Notes: generated by a model not told the origin, from the sequence alone. Positions 8,398-18,595 are shown, counted from the first letter of the stretch. The stretch: DNA of 26,093 bases from a virus (IMGVR_UViG_3300020403_000077:1-26093), one strand, 5' to 3'. A program made the numbers and translations.

Positions 8398-11300
8398 TTA
8401 TCGCACTTGATTTCCAGTTGTTGTACCTTCTTGTACATCTCTTGCTGGTCTCAAATAGTTATATCTTCCTCCAGTAAATGCCTGCCCTCTTCCTGCAGCA
8501 GGATTTCTAGAAATAGGTCTTCCTGAATACTTTCCTACACCTCTACCTATACCTTCTCCTGCAGTTCTACCTGGTCCTTCTCCAAGAGTTGGTTGGTCGG
8601 CCGTTATTTTGAATGGTGTTGTATCAATAACTTCTACAATAGGTCCACCATCAATTGTTTGTGGTGAATCTATATTAAAGTCAGACGCAGACATCATACA
8701 GCCATCATAAATTAGGTTTTGAAGTCCTTTAGCTCTATAATCTTGGTATTGTGCAGATCTACTTAAAACAGACTCTGCTTCTAAATTTCTTATTGGTGCA
8801 CCACTATGAGAAACTATAGATTGACCATCAAGATTTCCATATCCCAAATCAGCTTGACCAAATTGTACTCTAGGTACTTTTATACCTAATGATTGACTAA
8901 GTTCTGTAGCAAATCTATGTAGTTCTGTAAACTTATAGAAAGATACAGTTTGATTTCCAATCATAGGGAAGAACCATTCTTTACCTCTATCTCTACAAGT
9001 TTGATTATCTGCATATGACGTCAATCCATTGTTTATGATAGGATAGTTTTTAGTTCTATTAAACATTGGCTTATTAGGATGAAGATTTGTTTTAATATAC
9101 TCATTTTTATTAAAGTCATAGAATCTTTCTTCTTCTCTAGGATCCATAGGGTGACTTACAATTTGTAAAGTATCTCTTTCATAATAAGCATTTGCTTGTG
9201 TTACGCTTGTTCTAACACTATCACTTAGTGCAGAAATATTTGTTTTTATTCTTACATCATCTCCACCAGAAAAAGTATCACTAACAGGTAAAACATGAAT
9301 TCTACTTGCAGTGTGAGCAGCAAATAGAGTTGTACTTGTTTGTCCAGTTATTGGGTTATAGTCGTAAGGTGGGAAAAAGTCACCACCCATAGTTGTATTA
9401 CCATTTTTACCAGCCGTAGATTGTGTTATGTGTACAATAAATTTAGCTGTTTGGTCTCCTGACGAAGCTAAGACTGTTCCATCTTGGTGTACAGGACCGC
9501 AAGTAAACCCTGACAGTGCTCCAATTGATTTTGAAATATTTGTAGCTAAATTTTGTGGATTACTATCATATAAAAAGTTTACACCATCTACTTGAGTTCC
9601 TTCTGAAGCTGTAGATCCTTCTGATGGAGAACCTGAATCATGACATTTAATTTCAGTAACTGTACCGTCCGTAGAAGTTAGTACAATAGACCTAGAAGAA
9701 TATATTTCTAAACCAGCATTTGGAAAAGTTCCTGCAAGTTCTATTTTTGCTTTACCTTTAGTTGCTGCTATTGTTGAAGTTCCTGTTACAGAATAGTCTG
9801 TGTATGCACCAAAACTTCCACTCCAATGTAGTGTTTGGTGATATTCATATATTGCAGCTCCTTCATGTTGGTCTCTTTCCCAACACATAAAAATATCGTC
9901 TTTAATTATTGGAGCATAAGGATTTCTATTTACTGTAACTTCTATTTCTCCTACAGTAGTTCTAAATAATCCTGTAACATTTCTTTCTCGTTCTCTTTGA
10001 CCACCTGTACCGTAAGATATATCTGGTTGAGGTAGTATATGTGCCTGAACTCTTGTACCTGCTCTATGTCTAGGATTAACTCTATCTCCATATCTAGATT
10101 CTAAAGGTCCTCTATTATCCCAATCACTATAATAAGGGTCACCCGGACCATTATGCTTAAATCTTCCAAGTTCAGTTGTTCCTCCTTCTAAATAAACTCT
10201 AGCAGATGCGGATCCTTCTAACTGTACATGGTCATAAACTGGCCTTCTTTCAGGTATACGAGGTCTTTCTAATATGTGTGGCTCTATTGCTATATTAAAG
10301 TCAGGCTTATTTCTACCTGGTACATTTTTCTTCATTTGACAAAGAACAGTATCGTCATAATATCTAATGAGCTTAAAGAACTCAGAATATTTGAAAGGTC
10401 CAAAATGTTTTAACCAATAGTGATTATTGTAGAATACACAGTCTGGATAAAAAGATATAAACTTAGATCTAGGGTCTCCTACTAAGTCATTAAATTCTAT
10501 TCCACCTAATTGATGCTCTATATCAATATTTATTTGGTCTACTGGAGTCATTTGAACAGAAACTCTATTTATATCTCTAGGACCTTCAATTGATTTGGCA
10601 TCTATAGCAGTTTTATTTACACTTAAATTAGAACCACTAGCTAAAACATTTGATTGTATTCTTATTTTATCTTTTCCTGGATTCATTCCAATATAATTTG
10701 GAACGATTGTTGCAACTCTTTCTTGTTGAAATTGGAAGTCTCTTGCACCTGCAAATCCACTAGCTGTTGCAAAAGTACTTCTATTATTTGTAAAAGGAGT
10801 TGTTATATCTTGATTTGGATGTGTTGAAGATATTATATCTCCATCGGCAAGTGGATATGTTCTAAGGTCAGCTCCTAAAGAATATCTTACTATAAGGTCT
10901 GAGTATGATGAAGTATAATTGTTTCCATCAATTGCCATTGGATTAAGTACATGGTGATTAAATGCAGATTCTGTTAATGGCTTCATCCAAAATCTAAGTT
11001 CTTGCATAGATCCACTAAAGTTGCCATAGGTTTTATTTCCAATATAATCTGTTATTTTCCAATCTGTACTATTTACCTGTCCTCCAATATAGAATGAATC
11101 ATAGTTTTCTCCAAATGTACCAACTGTATATCCACCTCCTGCAGTATTATCTGGAGTATAATAACTCATACTAACATATAAGTCATTACTAAAACCGTCA
11201 GAATTCCAACTTTGATTTGCTATTCTACCTGCAGCTGTACTTCCATTTGTCGTTAAGCTTGCTGAAACTTCATGTGTTATTGTAGCTCTTGCCCAATCAG

Positions 11301-13806
11301 TTGACTTTTTACAAAATAAATCATAAGTAAAGTTTTCAGATACTTGGTTTACTACAGCAGAAGCAGTAGGCTCGTTTCTTCGAACCATAATGTTCCACCA
11401 ATCTCCATCAAATATAGGTGCCCAATCAGTTGAAGCTGATACAAAATATTTTGTTGAGCCTGAGAGTGTTAATAGTCCAAATACAGCTCTACCATAATGA
11501 CTATTTTCACCAACATTAAAATCATATGTTTCACTACCGCTTGGTAAATAATTACTAACATGTTCTACAGATATAAATGAGCTAGAGTTTATCTGTATTA
11601 TAGCCATATCTTTTTTATTGGCATTAAAAGATACAGAATCTAACCTTGTTCTTCCACATTTTACATCGTGCTCAAACATATCAGGTAACTTAAACCTAAA
11701 CTCTATTGTATCAGGAAATTGAACTCTATCTCCATTTGCTTCTTTAATTAGCGGATGAGTTACAGCATCCCAAGATGCCGTAAGAGCAGAAGAACCATCA
11801 AAGTGTAAGCCATAATTAAATACGTCATATTCATAATACTCATTTCCAAAATAATTAGGTGAAACTGGAGTGCCCCATTCTTTTATTCTAAATAGTGTTT
11901 GTGGTATACCATAAATGTTCATGTACGCTTTAAGGTTTTCTAAAGTACCCTTAGTTCGTTGTAGGTATGGTAAATTATTAAGTAGTCTTTTTCCAAACTC
12001 TAATCTTAAGTTTTCTATAGGTACAGACTGAGAAGTTTGATAGTGGTCTGATGCATATATTCTATTTTGTATAAAAGGAGATTGACCTAAAACATAACTT
12101 GCAGAGGCAAATTGATTATCTGGTGCATTCCAATATCCCCAATCATCTGTTTCTTCATATATTTGTTTATATCCAAAACTTCCACTAGCATCTGTTCCTA
12201 GTACATAAGTCCAAAGGTCTTCTTCATCTGATTTCAAACATTGTTGATAACCTAAGTTTTTTAATCCTGTATATATTAAGTCTTTCGACATCATATCAGA
12301 ACCGCTAAATTGACCTTCTATAAGTTTTGCATCTATAGGATTATGTCTATCCCACATTTCAGGTATTGCAGTTATATATAAGTAGATGTTGTCATAAAAT
12401 TCACCAACCATATCTACAAATTTAATATATTCACTATTTATTTTTTCATCTGTTCCCAATGTAGGGTCTTCATGTATATGTAAAGGTACAGCTTGATTTC
12501 TTAAAGCGTGAATATTTTGCCTATCAAATAAGGATGCAGATGCAATTGCTCCATCATACCAATCTATAGCATCTGAAGAAGTTACAGATAAAACTTGATA
12601 TGGTCCTTTTGGAAACTTTTGGTCAGATAATTTTGGCCAAGTAGCTGGATAGTGTTCTCCTAGTGAACTAGTCACATAAGATGCTGATTCATTATATAAA
12701 AATGTTTCATAGCCATCAAACTTAGCAATAATTTCATTCTTTTTTATCTTAAAGTTTTGAACATTTTGTACAAAGTGAAACGAGCCTGTGACATTAGGAT
12801 CGCTTCCTGTTACAGGAGCCTTTGTAGATAATTCTGCTATTTTTCCATCATAAAATTCTATTTGAGAAAGCTTGTATCTAAAGTTTTTAAGTCTTTCTTC
12901 TGCAGATCCAAAACGTATAAAGTGCTCGTAATGGCGATAATCTATAGATAGTCTAGTATCATCTAAACTTCCAGAAAAGTATTTATTTAGAATCTTATCT
13001 AATACACTTTCTTTTGCGTCAGTAAGACTAACCCAATTGTGATATCTAGTCGTTCCTGAACTTAGTCCATCTTCATTACCAGCTGAAAAGTTTGGTTGAG
13101 CTAAAAAGTTAACCTGTTTTTCTGCAACTGTTCCTTCTACAAAAACTGTTTCTTGTACACTAGATATTATTTCTTGAACTATCCAACATGGTTGTTTTAA
13201 TTCTATTCCTTCTGGTAGAGGCTCATATAGTTTTAATACAATAGAGTATGGAAACTCTGGAGTTGTAATTTTATCTATAGACCAGTTAACTGCTAAAGGT
13301 ACTACATTATTACCAAAATTAACATGTACATCTACCCAATGGTCTACATCTCCCTTTATAGATAACTTATCAGCAAAATCTTCAAGTATTTCTTTTTCTT
13401 CTTGTGTAGCATCAGGACTAATTTTTAATCTTATCTCTGTTCTACTTGGACTTATTTCATCTATAAATAAATCGTTTATGCCTTGGTCAGGACTACCAAC
13501 AAGTGTTCTATAAAAACAATATTTTACAAGAAACGTACCAGCATTTACATATTCTCTAAGGTCATTATGTAAATCTAAAAATACTACGGAATCTTGGTTT
13601 ATATTTCCGCTATCTAATATTCCTCCTTCTGCTACTTTATAGCTTGTGACATCAGGATTTGAAAACAGCATTCTGCTGCCATCTTGTGAAAATATATGTA
13701 GTTCTACTCTATCTTCAACGTCTAATGCCTTTCCAAAGTCAGATAAAATCGGCTTTGAAGGTATTAACCTTAAATCGTCTTCTTTATATTTAGTATTCCA
13801 CGCCAT
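8398..13806 (-). CDS. Large baseplate wedge protein (T4 gp7 / P2 gpI-like) with LamG-like domain
   Basis: 1802 aa; RLLNNLPYLQRTKGTLENLKAYMNIYG matches the gp7/gpI KGT motif (~11950); LamG-like segment DTIEFRF...FDGDWWNIMV...FYIGG...FSGSMQELRFW (~10960-11830); lies downstream of gp25- and gp6-like genes. Confidence 0.75.
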   Translation of the reverse strand: MAWNTKYKEDDLRLIPSKPILSDFGKALDVEDRVELHIFSQDGSRMLFSNPDVTSYKVAEGGILDSGNINQDSVVFLDLHNDLREYVNAGTFLVKYCFYRTLVGSPDQGINDLFIDEISPSRTEIRLKISPDATQEEKEILEDFADKLSIKGDVDHWVDVHVNFGNNVVPLAVNWSIDKITTPEFPYSIVLKLYEPLPEGIELKQPCWIVQEIISSVQETVFVEGTVAEKQVNFLAQPNFSAGNEDGLSSGTTRYHNWVSLTDAKESVLDKILNKYFSGSLDDTRLSIDYRHYEHFIRFGSAEERLKNFRYKLSQIEFYDGKIAELSTKAPVTGSDPNVTGSFHFVQNVQNFKIKKNEIIAKFDGYETFLYNESASYVTSSLGEHYPATWPKLSDQKFPKGPYQVLSVTSSDAIDWYDGAIASASLFDRQNIHALRNQAVPLHIHEDPTLGTDEKINSEYIKFVDMVGEFYDNIYLYITAIPEMWDRHNPIDAKLIEGQFSGSDMMSKDLIYTGLKNLGYQQCLKSDEEDLWTYVLGTDASGSFGYKQIYEETDDWGYWNAPDNQFASASYVLGQSPFIQNRIYASDHYQTSQSVPIENLRLEFGKRLLNNLPYLQRTKGTLENLKAYMNIYGIPQTLFRIKEWGTPVSPNYFGNEYYEYDVFNYGLHFDGSSALTASWDAVTHPLIKEANGDRVQFPDTIEFRFKLPDMFEHDVKCGRTRLDSVSFNANKKDMAIIQINSSSFISVEHVSNYLPSGSETYDFNVGENSHYGRAVFGLLTLSGSTKYFVSASTDWAPIFDGDWWNIMVRRNEPTASAVVNQVSENFTYDLFCKKSTDWARATITHEVSASLTTNGSTAAGRIANQSWNSDGFSNDLYVSMSYYTPDNTAGGGYTVGTFGENYDSFYIGGQVNSTDWKITDYIGNKTYGNFSGSMQELRFWMKPLTESAFNHHVLNPMAIDGNNYTSSYSDLIVRYSLGADLRTYPLADGDIISSTHPNQDITTPFTNNRSTFATASGFAGARDFQFQQERVATIVPNYIGMNPGKDKIRIQSNVLASGSNLSVNKTAIDAKSIEGPRDINRVSVQMTPVDQINIDIEHQLGGIEFNDLVGDPRSKFISFYPDCVFYNNHYWLKHFGPFKYSEFFKLIRYYDDTVLCQMKKNVPGRNKPDFNIAIEPHILERPRIPERRPVYDHVQLEGSASARVYLEGGTTELGRFKHNGPGDPYYSDWDNRGPLESRYGDRVNPRHRAGTRVQAHILPQPDISYGTGGQRERERNVTGLFRTTVGEIEVTVNRNPYAPIIKDDIFMCWERDQHEGAAIYEYHQTLHWSGSFGAYTDYSVTGTSTIAATKGKAKIELAGTFPNAGLEIYSSRSIVLTSTDGTVTEIKCHDSGSPSEGSTASEGTQVDGVNFLYDSNPQNLATNISKSIGALSGFTCGPVHQDGTVLASSGDQTAKFIVHITQSTAGKNGNTTMGGDFFPPYDYNPITGQTSTTLFAAHTASRIHVLPVSDTFSGGDDVRIKTNISALSDSVRTSVTQANAYYERDTLQIVSHPMDPREEERFYDFNKNEYIKTNLHPNKPMFNRTKNYPIINNGLTSYADNQTCRDRGKEWFFPMIGNQTVSFYKFTELHRFATELSQSLGIKVPRVQFGQADLGYGNLDGQSIVSHSGAPIRNLEAESVLSRSAQYQDYRAKGLQNLIYDGCMMSASDFNIDSPQTIDGGPIVEVIDTTPFKITADQPTLGEGPGRTAGEGIGRGVGKYSGRPISRNPAAGRGQAFTGGRYNYLRPARDVQEGTTTGNQVR

Positions 13807-15110
13807 TAGCTTTGTTGAATTCTTTTAGTTTTACCTTTCTTTCCAGAAGGAAGTCTATTTGTTACTACTTGTTGTTGAGGTCTTATTGTTGTTTGAGGTT
13901 TTCTAGCCAATTGTGGTGTTTCAGGTGTTTTTGAAACTACACTAGTTTTTGTTGGACTAGCTACTCTTTCATCTGCTACTTCATTTTGTTTTGGTTCTGG
14001 TCCATACTTAGGTACTCTCCATGGATTAAAACCTCTATAATCATCTCTTGAATACCATTCTTCATTTATAGAGTCCCATGCAGCATTGAACCAAACATTA
14101 TTTTCTGTGTCAAAATCCATCCAAGAATCTGTCTTTTTGTTTCGTTCATTGTGTTGTTGGTCTTCTAATATTTCTCCTGTTGGTGCACCAAAACCTAAAA
14201 ACTCGTCTCCACCTTCTGCAGTTTTTGGAGATCTAATTTCTTCTCGTTCTATAATTAACCCACCTACACAAAGTATATAAATAGTAGGGGTTTCTATTTG
14301 ACCTTTACTATTTTTTATTCTACAAAAATAAAATCCTGTATCAAATATTGTTCCATTTATTAGCGATAATTTTTTAGTTTTAGACACTACTTTGTTTGTT
14401 ATTCTAGTTCTAGTTTCTAGACCATATTTTGCTGGAGCATCTGAATTAAATATCCATTCATATGTTAAATCGTCTTCTATCTCAATATCATCTTCAGCTA
14501 AATAACTATATGCATCTGCTACTAACACTCTACTATGATTACCAGGAAATTGATAAACTGTAGTATTCAAAGCAGGATCGTCAAAAATAGAATAACCATC
14601 TGTTATTTTACCATCTACTGTACCATGTGAAGGAAATATAATTATACCAGTTGTTTCTCCTGAATTAGGGTTTTCTCTAAGTATAGGTGGTCCTTCAGGT
14701 CCATATGTAACAGTAGGTATAAGCTCAGTTATTGAAGTATCTATAGACTCTAAATATTGAGCTTTATCTAAAACATATCTTTGTGGCAAAATAACAAAGT
14801 CTTGTCCTATTTCTGCACTATCAGTTTGAGATATTATCATGCCTGTAGTACTTCTATGTGTTTTATCTGCCTCTGTTTCTAAATAATCTAGCTCTGTATT
14901 TATTTGAAATTGTTCTATATCTTCTGCAATAATGTGGGCTCCTGCATCCCAAGGATAATAGTCTTGTTGTACAGTTGCTATTGATACGGCACCATTGTCT
15001 GGAGTAAGTATAGTAGCATCTTTTCCTGCATTCACGTCAGATCTAGGTGCAAGCGGTTTTGACTGCACTGACTTTACAACTTTTTGACTTCTGTATCTTG
15101 GTTTCGCCAT
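13806..15110 (-). CDS. Virion structural protein with Ig-like (I-set-type) domain
   Basis: LTYEWIFN...LSLINGTIFDTGFYFCRIKNSKG contains the Ig C-strand Trp and D-x-G-x-Y-x-C motif; TAATG overlap with the next gene; basic termini. Confidence 0.65.
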   Translation of the reverse strand: MAKPRYRSQKVVKSVQSKPLAPRSDVNAGKDATILTPDNGAVSIATVQQDYYPWDAGAHIIAEDIEQFQINTELDYLETEADKTHRSTTGMIISQTDSAEIGQDFVILPQRYVLDKAQYLESIDTSITELIPTVTYGPEGPPILRENPNSGETTGIIIFPSHGTVDGKITDGYSIFDDPALNTTVYQFPGNHSRVLVADAYSYLAEDDIEIEDDLTYEWIFNSDAPAKYGLETRTRITNKVVSKTKKLSLINGTIFDTGFYFCRIKNSKGQIETPTIYILCVGGLIIEREEIRSPKTAEGGDEFLGFGAPTGEILEDQQHNERNKKTDSWMDFDTENNVWFNAAWDSINEEWYSRDDYRGFNPWRVPKYGPEPKQNEVADERVASPTKTSVVSKTPETPQLARKPQTTIRPQQQVVTNRLPSGKKGKTKRIQQS

Positions 15111-15111
15111 C

Positions 15112-16239
15112 TTAATCTATTACCTTAAATGTTAGGTCATCGTCAAAGACTTTAGTAATACTTCCACTAACACTCTTAACTATTAGTTTATATCTACGGT
15201 CTGTCTCAAATTGGTCCATCCATAAATCTATGTAATTACCGCTAGAATCACAACTTATCTTTGTATATTCGTTATCAAAGTCTATTACAGTTTCTCCTGT
15301 TTTATAGTCTTCTACAGACCAATAAGAGTTTGTTGGTAAATGTGTTATTTCTAGATCTCCTGATGATGTTGCATATGTTTTTTCGTAGTATCTATCTCTT
15401 CCTGCAATTCTTATTCTTTCTTTACTTTCTCTATGTATTAAGTCTCTTGAATTTTTAACATAAACAAAGACATCTCCACTAATATCTACTTGTGTTAAAC
15501 TTGCAGTTACAGGTGAAAAATCATCCCAAGCAAATTCTAATTTAGGTTGATATACTGTATGTGTTTCTTTGGAAAAGAAGTTAAGTGAACCATAGTTTTT
15601 TCCATCATATTCTTGAGAATCAGATCTCTTAATTAAAAATCCTTCATTTGTCAGAACAGGTCCACCACTCCAACTTCCACTCAACCAAGCATTGACGATA
15701 CCCGTAACAGTTATAGCTAAATCAGTATTTTCGTATACAAAATCTTGTGAACCATAGCTTGCAGTCCACCATGTTCCTCCACCTTTTGTTGTTTGAGTAG
15801 ATAAACTTCCTGTTGTTCCAGGTGCAAATGGAATATCTGCACTTGATGTGTGCCACTCTGTTCCGGTATGCTGACCATCTCTATATTGCCAACTAACTCC
15901 TTCCGTTGTTTTAGGGTTGTGGTTCAATCTACCAATTCCCATTTCCCAAGATTGAGAAACAGCGTATGCTTCAATAGCATAACTATAAGGTATTTTTTCT
16001 GCTCTATGTGTATACAATCTTAAAACAGCTCTAACAGTGTCTGGAATATCACCATCTACTATTGATTGAGATATATGTGTTATATCGAATTTAGTTAAAA
16101 TTCTAGTGTTGAATGTATTATTTGTATTAGATTCAGATATTATTTTTGTAATTTCTAAAACTTCATCTAAGCCAGCATTTTGTGTTTCATACTGCTCATA
16201 CATTGTTGCGTCTATTGATGATGTTATACTATAAATCAT
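15112..16239 (-). CDS. Baseplate-associated protein, DNRLRE/CBM96-like domain
   Basis: DATMYEQ..QN.G.DEVLEI, RILTKFDI, AVLRLY, SWEMG, V.W, VNAWL, NEGFLIK, FFSKE..QPKLEF match the DNRLRE-type pattern; TAATG-coupled to the gp6-like gene. Confidence 0.6.
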   Translation of the reverse strand: MIYSITSSIDATMYEQYETQNAGLDEVLEITKIISESNTNNTFNTRILTKFDITHISQSIVDGDIPDTVRAVLRLYTHRAEKIPYSYAIEAYAVSQSWEMGIGRLNHNPKTTEGVSWQYRDGQHTGTEWHTSSADIPFAPGTTGSLSTQTTKGGGTWWTASYGSQDFVYENTDLAITVTGIVNAWLSGSWSGGPVLTNEGFLIKRSDSQEYDGKNYGSLNFFSKETHTVYQPKLEFAWDDFSPVTASLTQVDISGDVFVYVKNSRDLIHRESKERIRIAGRDRYYEKTYATSSGDLEITHLPTNSYWSVEDYKTGETVIDFDNEYTKISCDSSGNYIDLWMDQFETDRRYKLIVKSVSGSITKVFDDDLTFKVID

Positions 16240-18137
16240 TATGCTGCTCCTACTATTCTAGCTTCGATATCTGTGTCTGGAAACTTAACCTCAAATATAG
16301 AAGGGTCTAATGAAGGATAAACAATATTACTCTTTGTTGCTTCTCCAATATCAAAGTAATTACCAGAATATCCAGAGTCTACATCAAATAAATTAAATAC
16401 ACTTAAATTTAATATAGATTGTACTCCTTCTACTTGGTCTAAAGTTGCAGCCAAGTCTGATAGTGATATTGGTTCATTTATTTGCCACTTGTCTATCTCA
16501 AAATATCTTTTTGCTTCAGCAACTGTTTTTAATAAGACCTCTTTTGTTATTGCATCAGGTCTAGCTATAATATCAAACTTTACTCCAATGTTTATTACAA
16601 AAGCATCTCTAATATTTATACCATCAGTTAGCATTCTAAACTTTTTAAGATATGTTTTCAAATTACTTTTAGTTGCAAGATTAGGTGCTATCAATTGCTT
16701 AGAAGAATTATATGATAATAAGTAAAGGTTAATTGCAAGTGGATTAAATTGGTCATCATAAGTTGGATTAGCAAGTTTAATCGTGCTCATTCCATCGTCT
16801 CTAGTAACATATCCTTTCGCTATACTACCAAATTTTCCAGGTAAAGAATATACTCTTGCTATATAATCTTCCTTTGTAACTGCTCTGTTTTGTGTTGCAT
16901 AGGATGCCAATGCGTTTTGTCTAATCTCATCTGGAGTTTCTTGCCCTCTTCCACCTGTTGCAGGATTTGGATTTGTTGCAGCTACAGATTTTTTTGCAAA
17001 GTCAACCGTTCCAGTATCTAAACCATCAAAACCACCGACAAAATCTACACCAGTAACCTTTGTTAAAGTTTTAGCACCTACATTTGCTTCTATTCCTCCT
17101 CCAGTATAATATCTAACTATAAGCGTTGTATCTGCAGGTGCTTGACCATATCCTCTTGTAAATAATACATTAGTCGGGTCATATGCGTTATCTAATCCAC
17201 TAGTATTTCCATAAGGTAACTGCATACCTATGTTTGTAGGATTAGGTAATATTACTTCATCAGCATTTGCTGAAACTCCTGCTCCAAACATAAGTTCGAT
17301 TTGGTTATTACTAGTAATTCTTTTTGTAAATCTTCTAGGTACTCTACGTAAAGAAAGTATGTATGGTACCTCTTTTTCATATGGAGATAATAAAGGATCG
17401 GCAGCTTCTGCTTGTTTTACTTCTGTATACACAGTATCTTGTGCCAAATAATCTACTTCATACCATTTATTACCATCAGTATCTTTACAATCAGCAATAT
17501 CAATAATATTTGTTGGCGCCAATCGTATTCTATCAAACTTTTTTGGTTCATTGAAAACAAATGTTTCAGACTGTAGCTTTCCAGATATTGCCTTTACACT
17601 TTTTTGTAATAAGTAAAACTGTGGTACTCCTGTTGTATCATCTACTTTATATATTGATACATCTGTTGGATTACTAGAACTTGAAAATTGAAAGTTAACG
17701 TTTTCTAAAGTTCTAAATTCAACATCACTATTTTCACTAGATTCTACAGTCATTCCTTCCTGTATTTCTAAAGCATATCTAAAATCTGGAGCTATGTTCA
17801 CTCCACTACCAACTGCTGGTACTAATTGAAAAACATCTAAAGTTGTTGTAGCAGCCGATGAGGGTTGAGGAATATAGCCTAAAGCTTGAGCAATATCGTA
17901 GATATTTTCCTCTTCTTGCGCATGCAATAACATTGATTCTCTTAGTTGATTGTCAATATATAGTGATAAAACATCTCCAACATAAGCTGCCATTTCAATA
18001 AACATCATTCCTGGAGAAGATTCATTAAAATCAGTATAGGTATCAGGGAAATATACCTTTGCAAAATTTACTAGCCTTTCTCTAAATTGGCCAAAATCTT
18101 TATTTAAGTATTTTACTTCTTTTTTTACTAGTGCCAT
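16239..18137 (-). CDS. Baseplate wedge protein, T4 gp6 / baseplate J-like
   Basis: LNKDF..FRE.L..F..YFPDTYTDFNESSPGMMFIEMAAYVGDVLS.YID; ATGG.GQET.DEIRQNA...TQNRAVTKEDY; directly follows the gp25-like gene. Confidence 0.9.
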   Translation of the reverse strand: MALVKKEVKYLNKDFGQFRERLVNFAKVYFPDTYTDFNESSPGMMFIEMAAYVGDVLSLYIDNQLRESMLLHAQEEENIYDIAQALGYIPQPSSAATTTLDVFQLVPAVGSGVNIAPDFRYALEIQEGMTVESSENSDVEFRTLENVNFQFSSSSNPTDVSIYKVDDTTGVPQFYLLQKSVKAISGKLQSETFVFNEPKKFDRIRLAPTNIIDIADCKDTDGNKWYEVDYLAQDTVYTEVKQAEAADPLLSPYEKEVPYILSLRRVPRRFTKRITSNNQIELMFGAGVSANADEVILPNPTNIGMQLPYGNTSGLDNAYDPTNVLFTRGYGQAPADTTLIVRYYTGGGIEANVGAKTLTKVTGVDFVGGFDGLDTGTVDFAKKSVAATNPNPATGGRGQETPDEIRQNALASYATQNRAVTKEDYIARVYSLPGKFGSIAKGYVTRDDGMSTIKLANPTYDDQFNPLAINLYLLSYNSSKQLIAPNLATKSNLKTYLKKFRMLTDGINIRDAFVINIGVKFDIIARPDAITKEVLLKTVAEAKRYFEIDKWQINEPISLSDLAATLDQVEGVQSILNLSVFNLFDVDSGYSGNYFDIGEATKSNIVYPSLDPSIFEVKFPDTDIEARIVGAA

Positions 18138-18592
18138 TATTCTACTCCGCCAATTATTACTACGATAGAATTTTCTTGAAACGAATTTCCAGCTAATGTA
18201 AAGTCTATTGCAACTCTAACTCCATTAAACCTATCATCAAAGCCATACCTTTTATCTGCAGTATCAACAATTAAGTTTTCTATAGATATATACGGTAGCC
18301 AAAATGCTGTGGCCTCTGATATTTCTTGTTCTATCTGTGCATGTAGTGATTCAACATTTTGGTCAAACAAAGAATCATATATGCTTGTACCAAAAGTAGG
18401 ATGCATTGGTCTTTCACCTTTTCTAGTTAATATTAGATTCTTTAGATTTGCTGCTGCAGCCTCTATAGTAAGTCTTGTTTGAGGAAATGGAGCTCCGTTT
18501 GGTTTGATTAAAGGTAAATCAATGCCAATTGCAATTCTTTCGTCCTCATCAGCTACATTAGATCTAAATATTTTTCTAGGAGGTATTGCCAT
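18137..18592 (-). CDS. Baseplate wedge subunit, T4 gp25 / gpW-like
   Basis: NLKNLILTRKGERPMHPTFGT..LF..I.EA..FWLPYISIENL is the GPW/gp25 signature. Confidence 0.92.
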   Translation of the reverse strand: MAIPPRKIFRSNVADEDERIAIGIDLPLIKPNGAPFPQTRLTIEAAAANLKNLILTRKGERPMHPTFGTSIYDSLFDQNVESLHAQIEQEISEATAFWLPYISIENLIVDTADKRYGFDDRFNGVRVAIDFTLAGNSFQENSIVVIIGGVE

Positions 18593-18595
18593 TTA

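Noticed and set aside
8398-13806. Intein or intron explaining the size of the 1802-aa protein
   Set aside because: No intein splice-junction pattern, LAGLIDADG/HNH motif or frame interruption seen; size is explained by LamG and other inserts.
18137-18592. Lysozyme activity for the gp25-like protein
   Set aside because: The 'lysozyme' label of this family is historical; gp25 is a structural sheath-initiating wedge subunit and no catalytic motif is evident.
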